Positions 47,268-58,225 are shown, numbered from the stretch's first letter. The stretch is 64,000 bases of DNA from Collinsella aerofaciens (GCA_048503295.1 DBFRVO010000024.1:2511-66510), one strand, 5' to 3'. A program made the numbers and translations. The notes: generated from the letters alone by a model not told the origin.

Positions 47268-48117
47268 ATTTGAGTTCAACAAGGGCAAGATGGTCCCGTA
47301 TCCTTCTGGCGCCATCGTTCCCGACCGCGACCTGGGCGAGCGCCCGGCACTCGAGTGCATCCACCTGGGCATTGAGTTTGGTGGCCTTAAGGCAGTCGAC
47401 GACTTTAGCCTGACCATCGGCAAGACTGAGATCGCCGGTCTGATTGGTCCCAACGGTGCCGGTAAGACCACGGTCTTCAACCTGCTCACCAAGGTGTATC
47501 AGCCCACGCACGGCACCATCCTGCTCGACGGCGAGGACACTTCGGGCAAGTCGGTCTACCAGGTCAACCGCATGGGTATCGCCCGTACCTTCCAGAACAT
47601 CCGCCTGTTTAACACCATGACGGTGGAGGACAACGTAAAGGTCGGCCTGCACAACCAGGAGCGCTACTCCGGCTTTGAGGGTGTGCTGCGCCTGCCGACG
47701 TATTGGAAGCACGAGAAGGCTGCTCACGAGCGCGCCATGGAGCTGCTGTCCATTTTTGATATGGAGCACCTGGCAAACGAGCAGGCTGGCTCGCTGCCTT
47801 ACGGCGCCCAGCGTCGTCTGGAGATCGTCCGCGCGCTTGCCACCAACCCCAAGCTACTGCTGCTTGACGAGCCTGCCGCCGGCATGAATCCATCCGAGAC
47901 TGCGGAGCTCATGGAGAACATCGTCAAGATTCGCGACACTTTTGGCATTGCCATCATGCTTATCGAGCATGATATGTCGCTCGTTATGAACATCTGCGAG
48001 GGCATCTGCGTGCTCAACTTTGGTAAGGTCATCGCCAAGGGCACGGCAGAGGAAATCCAGAACAACGACGCCGTTATCGAGGCATATCTGGGCAAGCAGG
48101 ATAAGGGGGAGAACTAA
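47257..48117 (+). CDS. livG: BCAA ABC ATP-binding protein
   Basis: GPNGAGKTT, RTFQN, LPYGAQRRLE and LDEPAAG motifs. Confidence 0.93.
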   Translation: MPSKFEFNKGKMVPYPSGAIVPDRDLGERPALECIHLGIEFGGLKAVDDFSLTIGKTEIAGLIGPNGAGKTTVFNLLTKVYQPTHGTILLDGEDTSGKSVYQVNRMGIARTFQNIRLFNTMTVEDNVKVGLHNQERYSGFEGVLRLPTYWKHEKAAHERAMELLSIFDMEHLANEQAGSLPYGAQRRLEIVRALATNPKLLLLDEPAAGMNPSETAELMENIVKIRDTFGIAIMLIEHDMSLVMNICEGICVLNFGKVIAKGTAEEIQNNDAVIEAYLGKQDKGEN

Positions 48118-48831
48118 ATGGCAGAGCCGATGCTTTCCGTCTACAACATCAACGTCTGGTACGGCGCCATCCACGCCATCAAGGACATCTCCTTTAACGT
48201 TAACGAGGGTGAGATCGTGGCCTTGATCGGTGCCAACGGCGCCGGTAAGTCCACGACGCTCAAGACCGTCTCGGGCCTGCTGCGTTCCAAGACCGGTTCC
48301 ATCAAGTTTATGGGCGAGGACATTACCCATACGCCCGCTGATAAGCTGGTTGGTAAGGGCCTGGCTCAGGTTCCCGAGGGTCGTCGCGCCTTTTTGCAGA
48401 TGACGGTCGAGGAGAACCTGGAGATGGGTGCCTATACACAGCCCAAGTCCACGGTGGCTCCGGGCCTGGAGCGCGTCTACGAGCAGTTCCCGCGTCTGAA
48501 GGAACGTCGTCGCCAGGTTGCCGGCACCCTTTCAGGCGGCGAGCAGCAGATGCTCGTTATGGGGCGCGCCCTTATGAGTAACCCCAAACTGCTTATGCTC
48601 GACGAACCTTCCATGGGTCTGGCACCGATTCTGATCGAACAGATCTTCCAGATTGTCGAGGACCTGCACAAGGCCGGCACCACGGTACTCCTGGTCGAGC
48701 AAAACGCGCAGATGGCGCTTTCCATCGCCACGCGCGGCTACGTGCTCGAGACCGGCAAGATCACCATGACCGGCACCGGTCAAGAGCTGCTGCACGACGA
48801 TAACGTCCGCAAGGCCTATCTGGGCGGTTAA
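48118..48831 (+). CDS. livF: BCAA ABC ATP-binding protein
   Basis: GANGAGKS, PEGRR, LSGGEQQM and VEQNA motifs. Confidence 0.93.
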   Translation: MAEPMLSVYNINVWYGAIHAIKDISFNVNEGEIVALIGANGAGKSTTLKTVSGLLRSKTGSIKFMGEDITHTPADKLVGKGLAQVPEGRRAFLQMTVEENLEMGAYTQPKSTVAPGLERVYEQFPRLKERRRQVAGTLSGGEQQMLVMGRALMSNPKLLMLDEPSMGLAPILIEQIFQIVEDLHKAGTTVLLVEQNAQMALSIATRGYVLETGKITMTGTGQELLHDDNVRKAYLGG

Positions 48832-48841
48832 TCCATTCAAC

Positions 48842-48879
48842 AAAGGGGGCGCTGACCAACCCGGTCAGCGCCCCCTTTT
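48842..48879 (+). terminator. liv operon terminator
   Basis: AAAGGGGGCGCTGACC/GGTCAGCGCCCCCTTTT. Confidence 0.85.
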
Positions 48880-49006
48880 AAGTTGCGGTGAAATAGGGAC
48901 TAAATGGGGGCGCTAGACGCCAAAACAGTCCCTATTCCACCGCAACTTCATGGGGATGTGTGACAATGCCCGTCGGAAAACATCTGCTGTCTTTGGGGGT
49001 CTATCT

Positions 49007-49684
49007 ATGCTGTACGAGTTTTGTGCCGAGAACTTTGAGCGGGTGCCGGCGGCTATCGAGGCCGGTGCAAGGCGCATCGAGCTGTGCGATAACCTTGCCG
49101 TCGGTGGTACCACGCCCTCGGCCGGCGTTATCAGCGCTACGACCAACTATGCCCACGAACACGATGCACGGGTGATGTGCATGATCCGTCCGCGTGGCGG
49201 CGACTTTCACTACAACCAGGATGAGCTGCGCATGATGGAGATGGACTTGGGCCTTGCCGTGAGTGCGGGCGTTGACGGCTTGGTCTTTGGCTGCTGCAAA
49301 CCCTGCGCTGGCGGATGGGCGCTCGACGAACTTACGCTTGGCGCCCTCGTGATGGCTGCGGGCTGCGCGACCGAGGAATGTAAGCGTGATCCCATCGACA
49401 TCACCTTCCACATGTCATTTGACCAGCTCTCGCCCGAGGCTCAGCTCGATGCGATTGATACACTTGCCGACTGCGGCGTTACGCGCATCCTCACGCATGG
49501 CGGCGCTGCCGGTACGTCGATCGAGGATAATTTCGATTACCTGGCTCGTTTAATCGAGTATGCGGGCGATCGTTTGACCATCCTTCCCGGCGGCGGCATC
49601 ACTACGGCAAATCGCGACGCGGTCGCGGCGGCGCTAGGCGTCTCCGAGCTCCATGGCACCAAGATCGTGCCGCTGGAGGTATAA
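49007..49684 (+). CDS. cutC: Copper homeostasis CutC-family protein (not the choline lyase)
   Basis: GA.RIELC.NL..GGTTPS, MIRPRGGDF.Y, TFHM.FD and RILTHG motifs. Confidence 0.9.
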   Translation: MLYEFCAENFERVPAAIEAGARRIELCDNLAVGGTTPSAGVISATTNYAHEHDARVMCMIRPRGGDFHYNQDELRMMEMDLGLAVSAGVDGLVFGCCKPCAGGWALDELTLGALVMAAGCATEECKRDPIDITFHMSFDQLSPEAQLDAIDTLADCGVTRILTHGGAAGTSIEDNFDYLARLIEYAGDRLTILPGGGITTANRDAVAAALGVSELHGTKIVPLEV

Positions 49685-49687
49685 CCC

Positions 49688-50488
49688 GTGGCGCTGGTAT
49701 TTGACGTTCAGCAGGCGAGCGGTAAGCCCGACGATAATCGTCGCCCTGGCACCGCGTGCCCCTTTTGCGACACGGAGGGACTTGCCAACATCATCCAGCG
49801 CGATGGTGACTGTATCTGGCTCGAGAATAAGTTCAAGACCTTGCGGGCCACACGTCAGACCGTATTGATCGAGTCTGCCAATCACGACGCCGACCTGGTG
49901 ACCTATGAACCGGATGAGCTGCATCATGTGATGCGGTTTGCCCTGGGCTGTTGGCAGCAGATGATCGATTCCCAACAGTACCGCAGTGTGCTCATGTACA
50001 AGAACAAAGGCCCACTTTCGGGCGGCAGCCTCGTCCATCCACACATGCAGATTGTGGGCCTGGAACAGGAGGACGGCTATGCGGCGCTGACCTCAGCCAA
50101 CTTTGAAGGCATCGATGTTTGGCAGAGGGGAAGGGTTGCGGTCAACATCTCAACCGAACCGATTATGGGGTTCTTTGAGGTCAATGTTTCAGCCCCGCAG
50201 GGAATCGCCGCCAGCGATGGCGCGCGAGACCAAGCCGAGACGGACCTCTTCGCCGATGCGATTCAGGTAGCTCTGCGCTATATCCTGAACGAGCACCATG
50301 GTGGTCGCGCAGAGTCGTACAACTTGTTCTTCTACCACATGGACGGCCGGACCATTGCCAAGGCGCTTCCGCGCTGGGTGGTTTCACCCTACTTTGTCGG
50401 GTATCGGCTGGCTCAGGTCAATGCTGAGACCACGCTCGATGTCGATGCGGAGCGATTCCGCGCACATCTGGAGGCGCTCACATCGTAA
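49688..50488 (+). CDS. DUF4931 / GalT-HIT-like protein
   Basis: CPFCD, WLENKF and GPLSGGSL.HPHMQIVGL motifs. Confidence 0.8.
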   Translation: MALVFDVQQASGKPDDNRRPGTACPFCDTEGLANIIQRDGDCIWLENKFKTLRATRQTVLIESANHDADLVTYEPDELHHVMRFALGCWQQMIDSQQYRSVLMYKNKGPLSGGSLVHPHMQIVGLEQEDGYAALTSANFEGIDVWQRGRVAVNISTEPIMGFFEVNVSAPQGIAASDGARDQAETDLFADAIQVALRYILNEHHGGRAESYNLFFYHMDGRTIAKALPRWVVSPYFVGYRLAQVNAETTLDVDAERFRAHLEALTS

Positions 50489-50515
50489 AGTGAGCGCCCG
50501 CACACTGCGGACGGT

Positions 50516-51514
50516 TTAGCGCGCCATTGCATCGCGGCCGGCCTCGACCCGCTTGCGCTGGGCGGCGCGCTCCTCGCCGGTCAGACGCTCAAAGAAGTGT
50601 CCGATAAGCGAGGCGAGCACCTGCTGAAACAACGTTCCACACATGACGGGAAACACAACTTCGCCCGGAAAGTATTGCGTGGCGATGACGGCGCCCGAAG
50701 AGATATTGCGCATGCCGCAGGTAAAGCACATGGTGGTCGTCTCGCTATACGGCAGGTGCAACGCGCGGGCGACCAGAATGCCCACGACAAAACCGCTGAT
50801 GGCGAAGACCAAAATAAAGAGGGCGACTTCCAGGCGCACCGCGTTCATGTGCAGCACGTACTCGCTCATGGCGGTGGAGTTGGACGCGATGACGCCCATC
50901 ATCATAAATTTGCAGGCGGGCGAGAGCGCGGGGGAGAGCTTCTCGTGTCCCCAGCCGCGCGTAAGTTCGTTGATTACGATGCCAAGGATGGCGGGGATGG
51001 CAATCATAAAGGCCATGTTCTGCATCATGCTCGGAACATCGATTGCGACGGTGGCACCCAGCAGGAGCTTGAGCGTGAGCGGAATCGTCACGGGCGATAT
51101 AACCGAGGACGTCAGGATGATGGTGAGTGCGAGCGGGCCGTTGCCGCCGAACATGCTGATCCACATAAAGGCAGTGACTGCCACGGGTACGCTGTACTCG
51201 ATCACGATGCCGCAGACAAGGTTGGGGTTGGAGCCAAAGAACAGTGAGCCCATGACATATGCCGCGATGGGGATGAGCACGGGCGAGACAAATAGCGCCA
51301 AAATCAGATGAAGGGGACGGCGGAACACCTCGGCCACCTGGTGAAAGGTGTTACTGAGTGCACCCTGAAACGTCATAAAGGCAAACAAGGTGGGAACGAT
51401 GGGCTTGAGAACGCCGATCTGCTGAGGAAAGAGCACGCCGAGCGCCACGCAAATCGGAACGATGATCTGCATGTACCCCGCGAGAAACTTGCCCAGTCCA
51501 ACCCATTGCTTCAT
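50516..51514 (-). CDS. Bile acid:sodium symporter (BASS) family transporter
   Basis: P.AVTAFMW....GGN.PL and GMRNIS motifs; ~10 TMs. Confidence 0.82.
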   Translation of the reverse strand: MKQWVGLGKFLAGYMQIIVPICVALGVLFPQQIGVLKPIVPTLFAFMTFQGALSNTFHQVAEVFRRPLHLILALFVSPVLIPIAAYVMGSLFFGSNPNLVCGIVIEYSVPVAVTAFMWISMFGGNGPLALTIILTSSVISPVTIPLTLKLLLGATVAIDVPSMMQNMAFMIAIPAILGIVINELTRGWGHEKLSPALSPACKFMMMGVIASNSTAMSEYVLHMNAVRLEVALFILVFAISGFVVGILVARALHLPYSETTTMCFTCGMRNISSGAVIATQYFPGEVVFPVMCGTLFQQVLASLIGHFFERLTGEERAAQRKRVEAGRDAMAR

Positions 51515-51789
51515 ATGCTCTTGTGACTCCCTATGCCCGTGAATCCGTTTGAATGGATATGCTAGACGCTCGCATGCGTCCGTGCGGCTGAAACGCCCGA
51601 TTATTTCGAGGCTATTACCGACATCGTTTACCGAAACCGCGGTGTGCTGCGGCGATTTGCGTCCGCGCTGCACGGTATAATAAATCTGTTCAACAGATCT
51701 GCCTGCCGAAGCGGGTATACACAGAGGACTCATCGCTATGAACCGTGAGAGGTATCGCGGCGACCTGCCCCTATCGGGGGTGGGCGCCT

Positions 51790-54700
51790 ATGTCATCGCT
51801 TAAGACGACGCATCGCTGGGCGGTCGCTCAGCAAAAGCCCGAGCTCGAAAAGGAGCTTTCGGCTGGTCTGGGCATACCCGGGCTGGTGGCGCGCATTATG
51901 GTTGCGCACGGCATTACATCCATCGAGGAAGGCCAGCTTTTTTTGACGCCTTCGCTCGATCGCGACTGGGCGGACCCACTCGTTATTCCGGGCATGGCGG
52001 TCGTCGCCGACCGCGTTGAGCGTGCTATTCGCAGCCACGAGCGCATCGCCGTCTTTGGCGATTTTGACGTCGACGGCATTACGTCGACTTGTCTGTTGAC
52101 CGAGGCGTTGCGTTCGTTTGGCGCCAACGTCACGCCGTTTATTCCGCACCGCTTTGACGAGGGCTACGGCCTGTCGCGTGCGGCGCTCGACCGCGTCAAC
52201 GAGCTCGCTCAACCCAACCTGATCGTGACCGTCGATAACGGTATCGCTGCCAAGGAAGAGGTTTCCTATCTGGAGAGCTTGGGAATCGATTTGGTGGTCA
52301 CGGACCATCACGAGCCGTCCGATCAGGTGCCGCAGGGCGTGCCCTTGACCGATCCCAAACTCGAGGATGAGGGCCCCTCACGCGAACTTGCCGGTGCCGG
52401 TGTGGCGCTCAAGCTGGTGCAGGTTTTGGGCGAGCGTCTGGGTAAGCCGTCGTATTGGCGTTCGCTGATTGAGGTTGCGGCGCTGGGCACCGTGTCTGAC
52501 ATGATGCCATTGACGGCCGAGAACCGCGCGTTGGTCGCCGAGGGCATCCAACAGATGCGCGTGACGGCTCGTCCCGGCTACATTGCGCTTGCAGCGCTCG
52601 CCAAGGCCGACCTTTCTACCATTACGGCGGACGGTCTATCGTTCTCGCTCATTCCCCGCTTAAACGCCGCCGGCCGCATGGCCGATCCCAAGCTGGCGCT
52701 CGACCTGCTGCTTGCCCGCGATCCTATCGAGGCAAGTGCACTGGCGGCCGAGCTCGAGGAGATCAACCGTCAGCGTCGCGAGATTGAGGCGGAGCTCACG
52801 CGTGATGCCATGGCAAAGGTCGAGGAGACCTATGATGGCGGTCGCGCAATCGTCGTGGGTGGCGAGGGCTGGCACGAGGGCGTTAAAGGCATCGTGGCGA
52901 GCCGCCTTACCAACCGATATCACGTGCCGGCGTTGCTCTTCTCTATCGAGGACGGTATAGCACGTGGCTCGGGTCGCTCGGTGGGCAAGGTCAACCTGTT
53001 CGAAGCCGTCGAGCGCTGCTCCGACCTGCTGATTCGCCGCGGCGGACATGCCGGTGCGGTGGGCGTGACCATCGAGGCGTCTAAGCTCGATGAGTTTCGT
53101 CGTCGCCTTTCCGCCGTGTTGTCCGAGCTTCCCGCCGAGGACTTTGAGGACACCGACGAGGTTGCCGCCACGGTTGACCTTTCCGAATTGAATATCGAGA
53201 CCATCGAGCAGATTTCCCGCCTTGAGCCGTTTGGCCAGGGTAATAAGGTGCCGCTGCTGGCTGCCGAGGGCGTGACGATGTGCGATCGCGCCGTGGTGGG
53301 CAAGACCGGCGAGCATATGCGCTTCGTGGCGACGGATGGCGCCGCGAGCGTGCCGGCCATCATGTTTCGTGTGCCGCAGATCGATAGGCTTATCAATTGC
53401 GACAGCGCTGTCGACTTGGTGTTCGAGGCCGTTGCCGAGCATTGGCAAGGTCGCGTAAAGCCAAAGCTCATGATTAAGGATGTCTTGGTCCGCGATACCA
53501 CGGCGCCCAGCGTTGACGACCCGGCATGTGAGCTTCGCCGCGGCGTACAACCGGCGGATTCTGGACTGCGCCTGGAGTCGCGTAAACGCGAGACGCTTGC
53601 CCAGCTTTCCTATACCGAGCTCACGCGCTCACTCATTCACAGCTTTATCGGATCGAACCAGCCGCACCGCGCGCAGGTCGAGGCGCTCGATGCCCTGGCC
53701 GATCACCAAAGTGTTCTGGCCGTTATGGGAACGGGGCGCGGCAAGTCTCTTATCTTCCATGTGCATGCCGCGCGCGAGGCGGTTCTTCGCGGGCGTGCGA
53801 GTATCTTTGTCTATCCGCTGCGCGCGCTCGTTGCCGACCAGGCCTATCACCTCTCGTCGACGATGGCCGCGCTCGGCATTGGCGTAGGCGTGCTGACCGG
53901 CGAGACCGTGGAAGCCGCGCGCGATGACGTGTTTGCCGGCCTGGCTTCGGGTCGCACCGGCATCGTTCTCACGACGCCTGAGTTCCTTTCCATCCATCGC
54001 GATCGCTTTGCGCGTTCTGGACGTATCGGCTTTGTCGTTATCGATGAGGCACACCATGCCGGCCTTGCCAAGGGCGGTGACCGGAGCGCATACCTCGACA
54101 TGCCCGATATTCTCAAGGCCCTGGGCAACCCCGTTGTCATGGCCGCGACTGCCACCGCAACGGCTCCGGTTGTGGCCGAGCTCGCCCGCGTGCTACCGAT
54201 TACCCGCACGGTGGTTGACGAGACGGTGCGCGAGAACTTGCAGCTCGAGGATGACCGAGACCTTGCGAGCCGCGAAAATCGCCTGGTGTCGATCGTGGCG
54301 ACGGGGGAGAAGACCGTTATCTATGTGAACTCACGCGACCAGTCCGTGGCGCTTGCCAAGACGTTGCGCAAACGCGTGCCCGACTGTGCGACCCAGATCG
54401 CGTTCTATAACGCCGGGCTTGCGCGCTCCGATCGCCGCCGTGTTGAGGAAGCCTTTAGAGACGGAAGTCTCAGCTGCATCGTTTCAACCTCGGCCTTCGG
54501 TGAGGGCGTCAACCTGCCCGATATCCGTCATGTCGTGCTCTACCACATGCCGTTTGGCGCGATTGAGTTTAACCAGATGAGCGGCCGCGCCGGTCGCGAT
54601 GGCCAACCCGCCGTGATCCATCTACTCTATTCGTCGCGTGACGCCCGTATTAACGAGCGCCTACTCGACTGCTATGCGCCCGAGCGCGACGAGCTCGTCA

Positions 54701-55077
54701 CGCTCTATCGCGCGCTGCAGACCATGTGGCGCTCCAACCGCGGCAAGACCGGGGACGATTTCTTTAGCGCGAGCGATATCGACATCGCGCAGATGTGCCT
54801 TGCCATCGATGCTCGCACGCCGGTCGACGAGCGCTCGGTGGAAAGCGGCTTGGGAATCTTCGAAGAGCTTGGTTTTTGTCGCGTTTCGGGGTTTGACGAC
54901 ACCCGTCGCATCGCGATGGCCGAAAACCCCGGCCGCGTGCAATTGAGCAGGTCAATTCGCTATTTGGAGGGCTTGCGCTCGCGCATGGAGTTCTCGGCTT
55001 TCCGGAGCTGGGCGCTCGATTCGTGCGCTTCTGATATGCTAGCCAAAGTTAACCGCCCGATCGTACCGCGGGCCTAG
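51790..55077 (+). CDS. recJ: RecJ ssDNA exonuclease fused to a RecQ-like DEAH helicase
   Basis: GDFDVDG, VDNG, TDHH, PRLNAAGR, GSGRS and GGH motifs, then GTGRGKS, DEAH, TATA, AFGEGV and QMSGRAGRDG. Confidence 0.92.
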   Translation: MSSLKTTHRWAVAQQKPELEKELSAGLGIPGLVARIMVAHGITSIEEGQLFLTPSLDRDWADPLVIPGMAVVADRVERAIRSHERIAVFGDFDVDGITSTCLLTEALRSFGANVTPFIPHRFDEGYGLSRAALDRVNELAQPNLIVTVDNGIAAKEEVSYLESLGIDLVVTDHHEPSDQVPQGVPLTDPKLEDEGPSRELAGAGVALKLVQVLGERLGKPSYWRSLIEVAALGTVSDMMPLTAENRALVAEGIQQMRVTARPGYIALAALAKADLSTITADGLSFSLIPRLNAAGRMADPKLALDLLLARDPIEASALAAELEEINRQRREIEAELTRDAMAKVEETYDGGRAIVVGGEGWHEGVKGIVASRLTNRYHVPALLFSIEDGIARGSGRSVGKVNLFEAVERCSDLLIRRGGHAGAVGVTIEASKLDEFRRRLSAVLSELPAEDFEDTDEVAATVDLSELNIETIEQISRLEPFGQGNKVPLLAAEGVTMCDRAVVGKTGEHMRFVATDGAASVPAIMFRVPQIDRLINCDSAVDLVFEAVAEHWQGRVKPKLMIKDVLVRDTTAPSVDDPACELRRGVQPADSGLRLESRKRETLAQLSYTELTRSLIHSFIGSNQPHRAQVEALDALADHQSVLAVMGTGRGKSLIFHVHAAREAVLRGRASIFVYPLRALVADQAYHLSSTMAALGIGVGVLTGETVEAARDDVFAGLASGRTGIVLTTPEFLSIHRDRFARSGRIGFVVIDEAHHAGLAKGGDRSAYLDMPDILKALGNPVVMAATATATAPVVAELARVLPITRTVVDETVRENLQLEDDRDLASRENRLVSIVATGEKTVIYVNSRDQSVALAKTLRKRVPDCATQIAFYNAGLARSDRRRVEEAFRDGSLSCIVSTSAFGEGVNLPDIRHVVLYHMPFGAIEFNQMSGRAGRDGQPAVIHLLYSSRDARINERLLDCYAPERDELVTLYRALQTMWRSNRGKTGDDFFSASDIDIAQMCLAIDARTPVDERSVESGLGIFEELGFCRVSGFDDTRRIAMAENPGRVQLSRSIRYLEGLRSRMEFSAFRSWALDSCASDMLAKVNRPIVPRA

Positions 55078-55092
55078 GGGAAGGGGACCTCG

Positions 55093-57453
55093 ATGGATGC
55101 CGCAGCCCGTACCGCCCATGATTCCACCCTCCAGCCGTTTTCGGAGATGGAGCACTATAAGCATGCCGATGAGCTGCCGCCCGAGATTATGGCGGACAGC
55201 TACGACAAGCTGGAGCGCCTGTGCCTCAAATATATGAATGAGGACGACTTTTCTAAGGTGGAGCAAGCCTACTGCTTTGCCGCCGAGAAGCACTGCAACC
55301 AAAAGCGCCGCTCGGGCGAGATGTACATTAACCATCCCGTCGAGGTTGCCATCATTTTGGCCGATCTCAAGATGGACTGCGATGTGGTGTGCGCTGCGCT
55401 GCTGCACGATACCGTCGAGGATACCGAGACCTCGCTCGCCGATGTTTCCGGCCTGTTTGGCGATACGGTGGCCGAGCTCGTCGATGGCGTGACCAAGCTC
55501 ACCAACATCGAAGTCGACAGCATGGACGAGAAGCAGGCGCTCACGCTGCGCAAGATGTTCCTTGCCATGTCCAAGGACATTCGCGTCATCATCGTTAAAC
55601 TTGCCGACCGTCTGCACAACATGCGAACGCTGGCAGCCCTGCGCGAGGATCGTCGCCTGTTTAAGGCTCGCGAGACCATGGACGTGTATGCGCCCCTGGC
55701 CGACCGTCTGGGCATGAGCTCCATTAAATGGGAGCTCGAGGACCTGTCCTTCTTCTACCTTGAACCCGACGCCTACCAGCGCATCGCGCGCATGGTGGCG
55801 GAGTCGCGCGAGGTCCGTGAGCGCTATCTGGCCGAGACCATCAAGACACTCACCGACGAACTCAACCGCATTGGCCTGGAGGACTTCCAGATTAACGGCC
55901 GTTCCAAGCACTATTGGTCCATCTACCAAAAGATGAAGCGCAAGGGCAAGGAATTCTCCGAGATCTACGACCTGGTGGCACTGCGTGTCATCACGCATTC
56001 GGTGCGCGATTGCTACTCCACGCTCGGCGCGGTGCATACGCTGTGGCACCCCATGCCCGGTCGCTTTAAAGACTATATCGCCATGCCCAAGGTCAATAAC
56101 TACCAGTCGCTCCACACGACGGTCATCGGCCCCACGGCTCGTCCGCTCGAGATTCAGATTCGAACCTACGAGATGCATGAGCAGGCCGAGTACGGCATTG
56201 CCGCCCACTGGCTATATAAGAAGTCGGGTGGATCGTCTGCCTCTAAGACCAACGATGCGCAGCGTCTGGACGACCAGATCAACTGGCTTAAGCACTCACT
56301 CGACTGGGCGGCGTCTGACGAGATTACCGATGCCAAGGAATACCTGCACTCACTGAAGGTCGACTTGTTCGACCAGGAAATTTTTGTCTTTACGCCCAAG
56401 GGCGAGGTCATGGCGCTTCGTGCCGGCTCTACACCGCTCGACTTTGCCTACGCCGTTCATACCGAGGTCGGTAACCACTGCGTCGGCGCCAAGATTAACG
56501 GTGTGGTGGCGCCGCTCACGCACGAAATCAAGACGGGTGACCGTGTCGAGATTCTGACCAACAAGAGTTCTAAGCCGTCGCGCGATTGGCTCAAGATCGT
56601 CAAGACGCCTTCGGCTAAGTCCAAGATCCGCCGCTATTTTGCCGCTGCGACCAAGGACGACGACGCTGCTGCTGGTCGCGATATGCTGGCCAAGGACCTG
56701 CGTAAGCGTGGCTATGGCATTTCTACGCCGCGTTCGACGCGTGCACTCAACGCCGTGGCGGAGCAGTTTAACTTCAAGCAGCTCGAGGACCTGTTTGCCG
56801 CCGTCGGCGCCGGCAAGGTTGCCCCGCGCGCTGTGGGCAATAAGGTCGAGCAAATCTTGGACCCCAAGCCCGAGGAACAGCTCACCAAGGCCGAGGCTAT
56901 CGCCGAGGTCGTGAAACAGCCCGCTCGCGGCTCCAACCGCAAGCCGCAAAAGCGCGGCAAGAGCGCCAGTAACGGCATTATCGTCAAGGGCGAGAGCAAC
57001 AGCGGCCTGCTGGTCCGTCTGGCTCATTGCTGCAACCCCGTGACGGGCGACGACATCGTCGGCTTCATCACGCGCGGTCGTGGCGTTTCGGTGCATCGCG
57101 CCAACTGCCCTAACGTCAAGGGTCTTATGGAACATCCCGAGCGCATGATTGATGTGGAGTGGGACGGCGCTGCCGATACCCTCTTCCAGGTCGAGATCGT
57201 GGTCGAGTGCCTGGACCGCATGGGCCTGCTCAAGGATGTCACCATTGCCATTGGCGATGCGGGCGGCAATATCCTTTCTGCCGCCACGTCGACCAACCGC
57301 GAGGGTATTGCAACCCTGCGCTTTATGGTCGAAATTTCGGATGCGAGCGGCCTGGATCCGTTGCTGGCTTCCATCAGCAGTGTCGATTCGGTCTACGACG
57401 CTCGCCGTCTTATGCCCGGCGAGGGCGGAGCGCAACTCAAGCGCCGTGTGTAG
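55093..57453 (+). CDS. relA: Bifunctional (p)ppGpp synthetase/hydrolase
   Basis: HP..VA, HDTVED, KLADRLHN, RFKDY, YQSLHT and EIQIRT motifs; TGS and ACT domains. Confidence 0.96.
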   Translation: MDAAARTAHDSTLQPFSEMEHYKHADELPPEIMADSYDKLERLCLKYMNEDDFSKVEQAYCFAAEKHCNQKRRSGEMYINHPVEVAIILADLKMDCDVVCAALLHDTVEDTETSLADVSGLFGDTVAELVDGVTKLTNIEVDSMDEKQALTLRKMFLAMSKDIRVIIVKLADRLHNMRTLAALREDRRLFKARETMDVYAPLADRLGMSSIKWELEDLSFFYLEPDAYQRIARMVAESREVRERYLAETIKTLTDELNRIGLEDFQINGRSKHYWSIYQKMKRKGKEFSEIYDLVALRVITHSVRDCYSTLGAVHTLWHPMPGRFKDYIAMPKVNNYQSLHTTVIGPTARPLEIQIRTYEMHEQAEYGIAAHWLYKKSGGSSASKTNDAQRLDDQINWLKHSLDWAASDEITDAKEYLHSLKVDLFDQEIFVFTPKGEVMALRAGSTPLDFAYAVHTEVGNHCVGAKINGVVAPLTHEIKTGDRVEILTNKSSKPSRDWLKIVKTPSAKSKIRRYFAAATKDDDAAAGRDMLAKDLRKRGYGISTPRSTRALNAVAEQFNFKQLEDLFAAVGAGKVAPRAVGNKVEQILDPKPEEQLTKAEAIAEVVKQPARGSNRKPQKRGKSASNGIIVKGESNSGLLVRLAHCCNPVTGDDIVGFITRGRGVSVHRANCPNVKGLMEHPERMIDVEWDGAADTLFQVEIVVECLDRMGLLKDVTIAIGDAGGNILSAATSTNREGIATLRFMVEISDASGLDPLLASISSVDSVYDARRLMPGEGGAQLKRRV

Positions 57454-57535
57454 GTGCGAGAGCCTCTCAGCATCATAGATATTGGTTACGTTCGAGGCAT
57501 CGTTTGGTGCCTCGAGCGTATTTTAGAAGGAGGGT

Positions 57536-58225
57536 ATGCGCGTGGACGATATGACTTTGGACCTGACACCCCGAGGCGCGGCTTCGATTGAGGCGCTCGT
57601 CAACGGCCCGATTCAGACCAACAGCTACGCCGTGATTTCGAATGACGAGTGCTTAATCGTCGATCCGGCGTGGGAGGGCGAGCGTCTTGTGGAGCATATC
57701 CGCACCGCGCATCCCGAGGTGCGCGTACTCGGCTCTGTCTGCACGCACGGTCATGCCGACCATGTTGGCGGGGTTGCCGGGGTTCGAGCTGTCGTTGGCG
57801 ACAGCGCACTATATGAGTTGTGCGCTAAGGACGTGACGGTACCTCGCGCAAATATCGAGGAGCAGCGCGCCATGTGGGGTATCGAGACGCCCGATCCGGG
57901 TGAGCCGACGCGTTTGCTTGCCGAGGGCGATACAATCGAGGTGGGCGACGTCTGCCTGCAGGTGATCGAGGCGCCGGGGCATACGCCGGGCGGCATCGTC
58001 CTGTTCGCCGCGACCGAGCAGGGGAACATCGCCTTTGTGGGCGACACGCTTTTCCCGGGCAGCCACGGTCGTACCGATCTTTCCGGCGGTGACGAGGCGG
58101 CGATTCTGCGCTCGCTCTCCAAGCTCGCCCGGCTTCTCCCGCCCGATACCGTTTGCCTAACCGGCCATGGCGATTCGACCACTGTGGCACGCGAGCTTAT
58201 GCAGAACCCTTTCATGCAGATGTAG
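57536..58225 (+). CDS. MBL-fold metallohydrolase (glyoxalase II-like)
   Basis: THGHADH, PGHTPG, GDTLF and GHG motifs. Confidence 0.9.
   Translation: MRVDDMTLDLTPRGAASIEALVNGPIQTNSYAVISNDECLIVDPAWEGERLVEHIRTAHPEVRVLGSVCTHGHADHVGGVAGVRAVVGDSALYELCAKDVTVPRANIEEQRAMWGIETPDPGEPTRLLAEGDTIEVGDVCLQVIEAPGHTPGGIVLFAATEQGNIAFVGDTLFPGSHGRTDLSGGDEAAILRSLSKLARLLPPDTVCLTGHGDSTTVARELMQNPFMQM

Noticed and set aside
49007..49684. Choline TMA-lyase CutC
   Set aside because: This is the ~225-aa TIM-barrel copper-homeostasis CutC family, not a glycyl radical enzyme.
50516..51514. BASS transporter forming a bile-acid operon with the HSDH-like gene
   Set aside because: About 9 kb apart with unrelated genes between; bacterial BASS proteins often carry other substrates.
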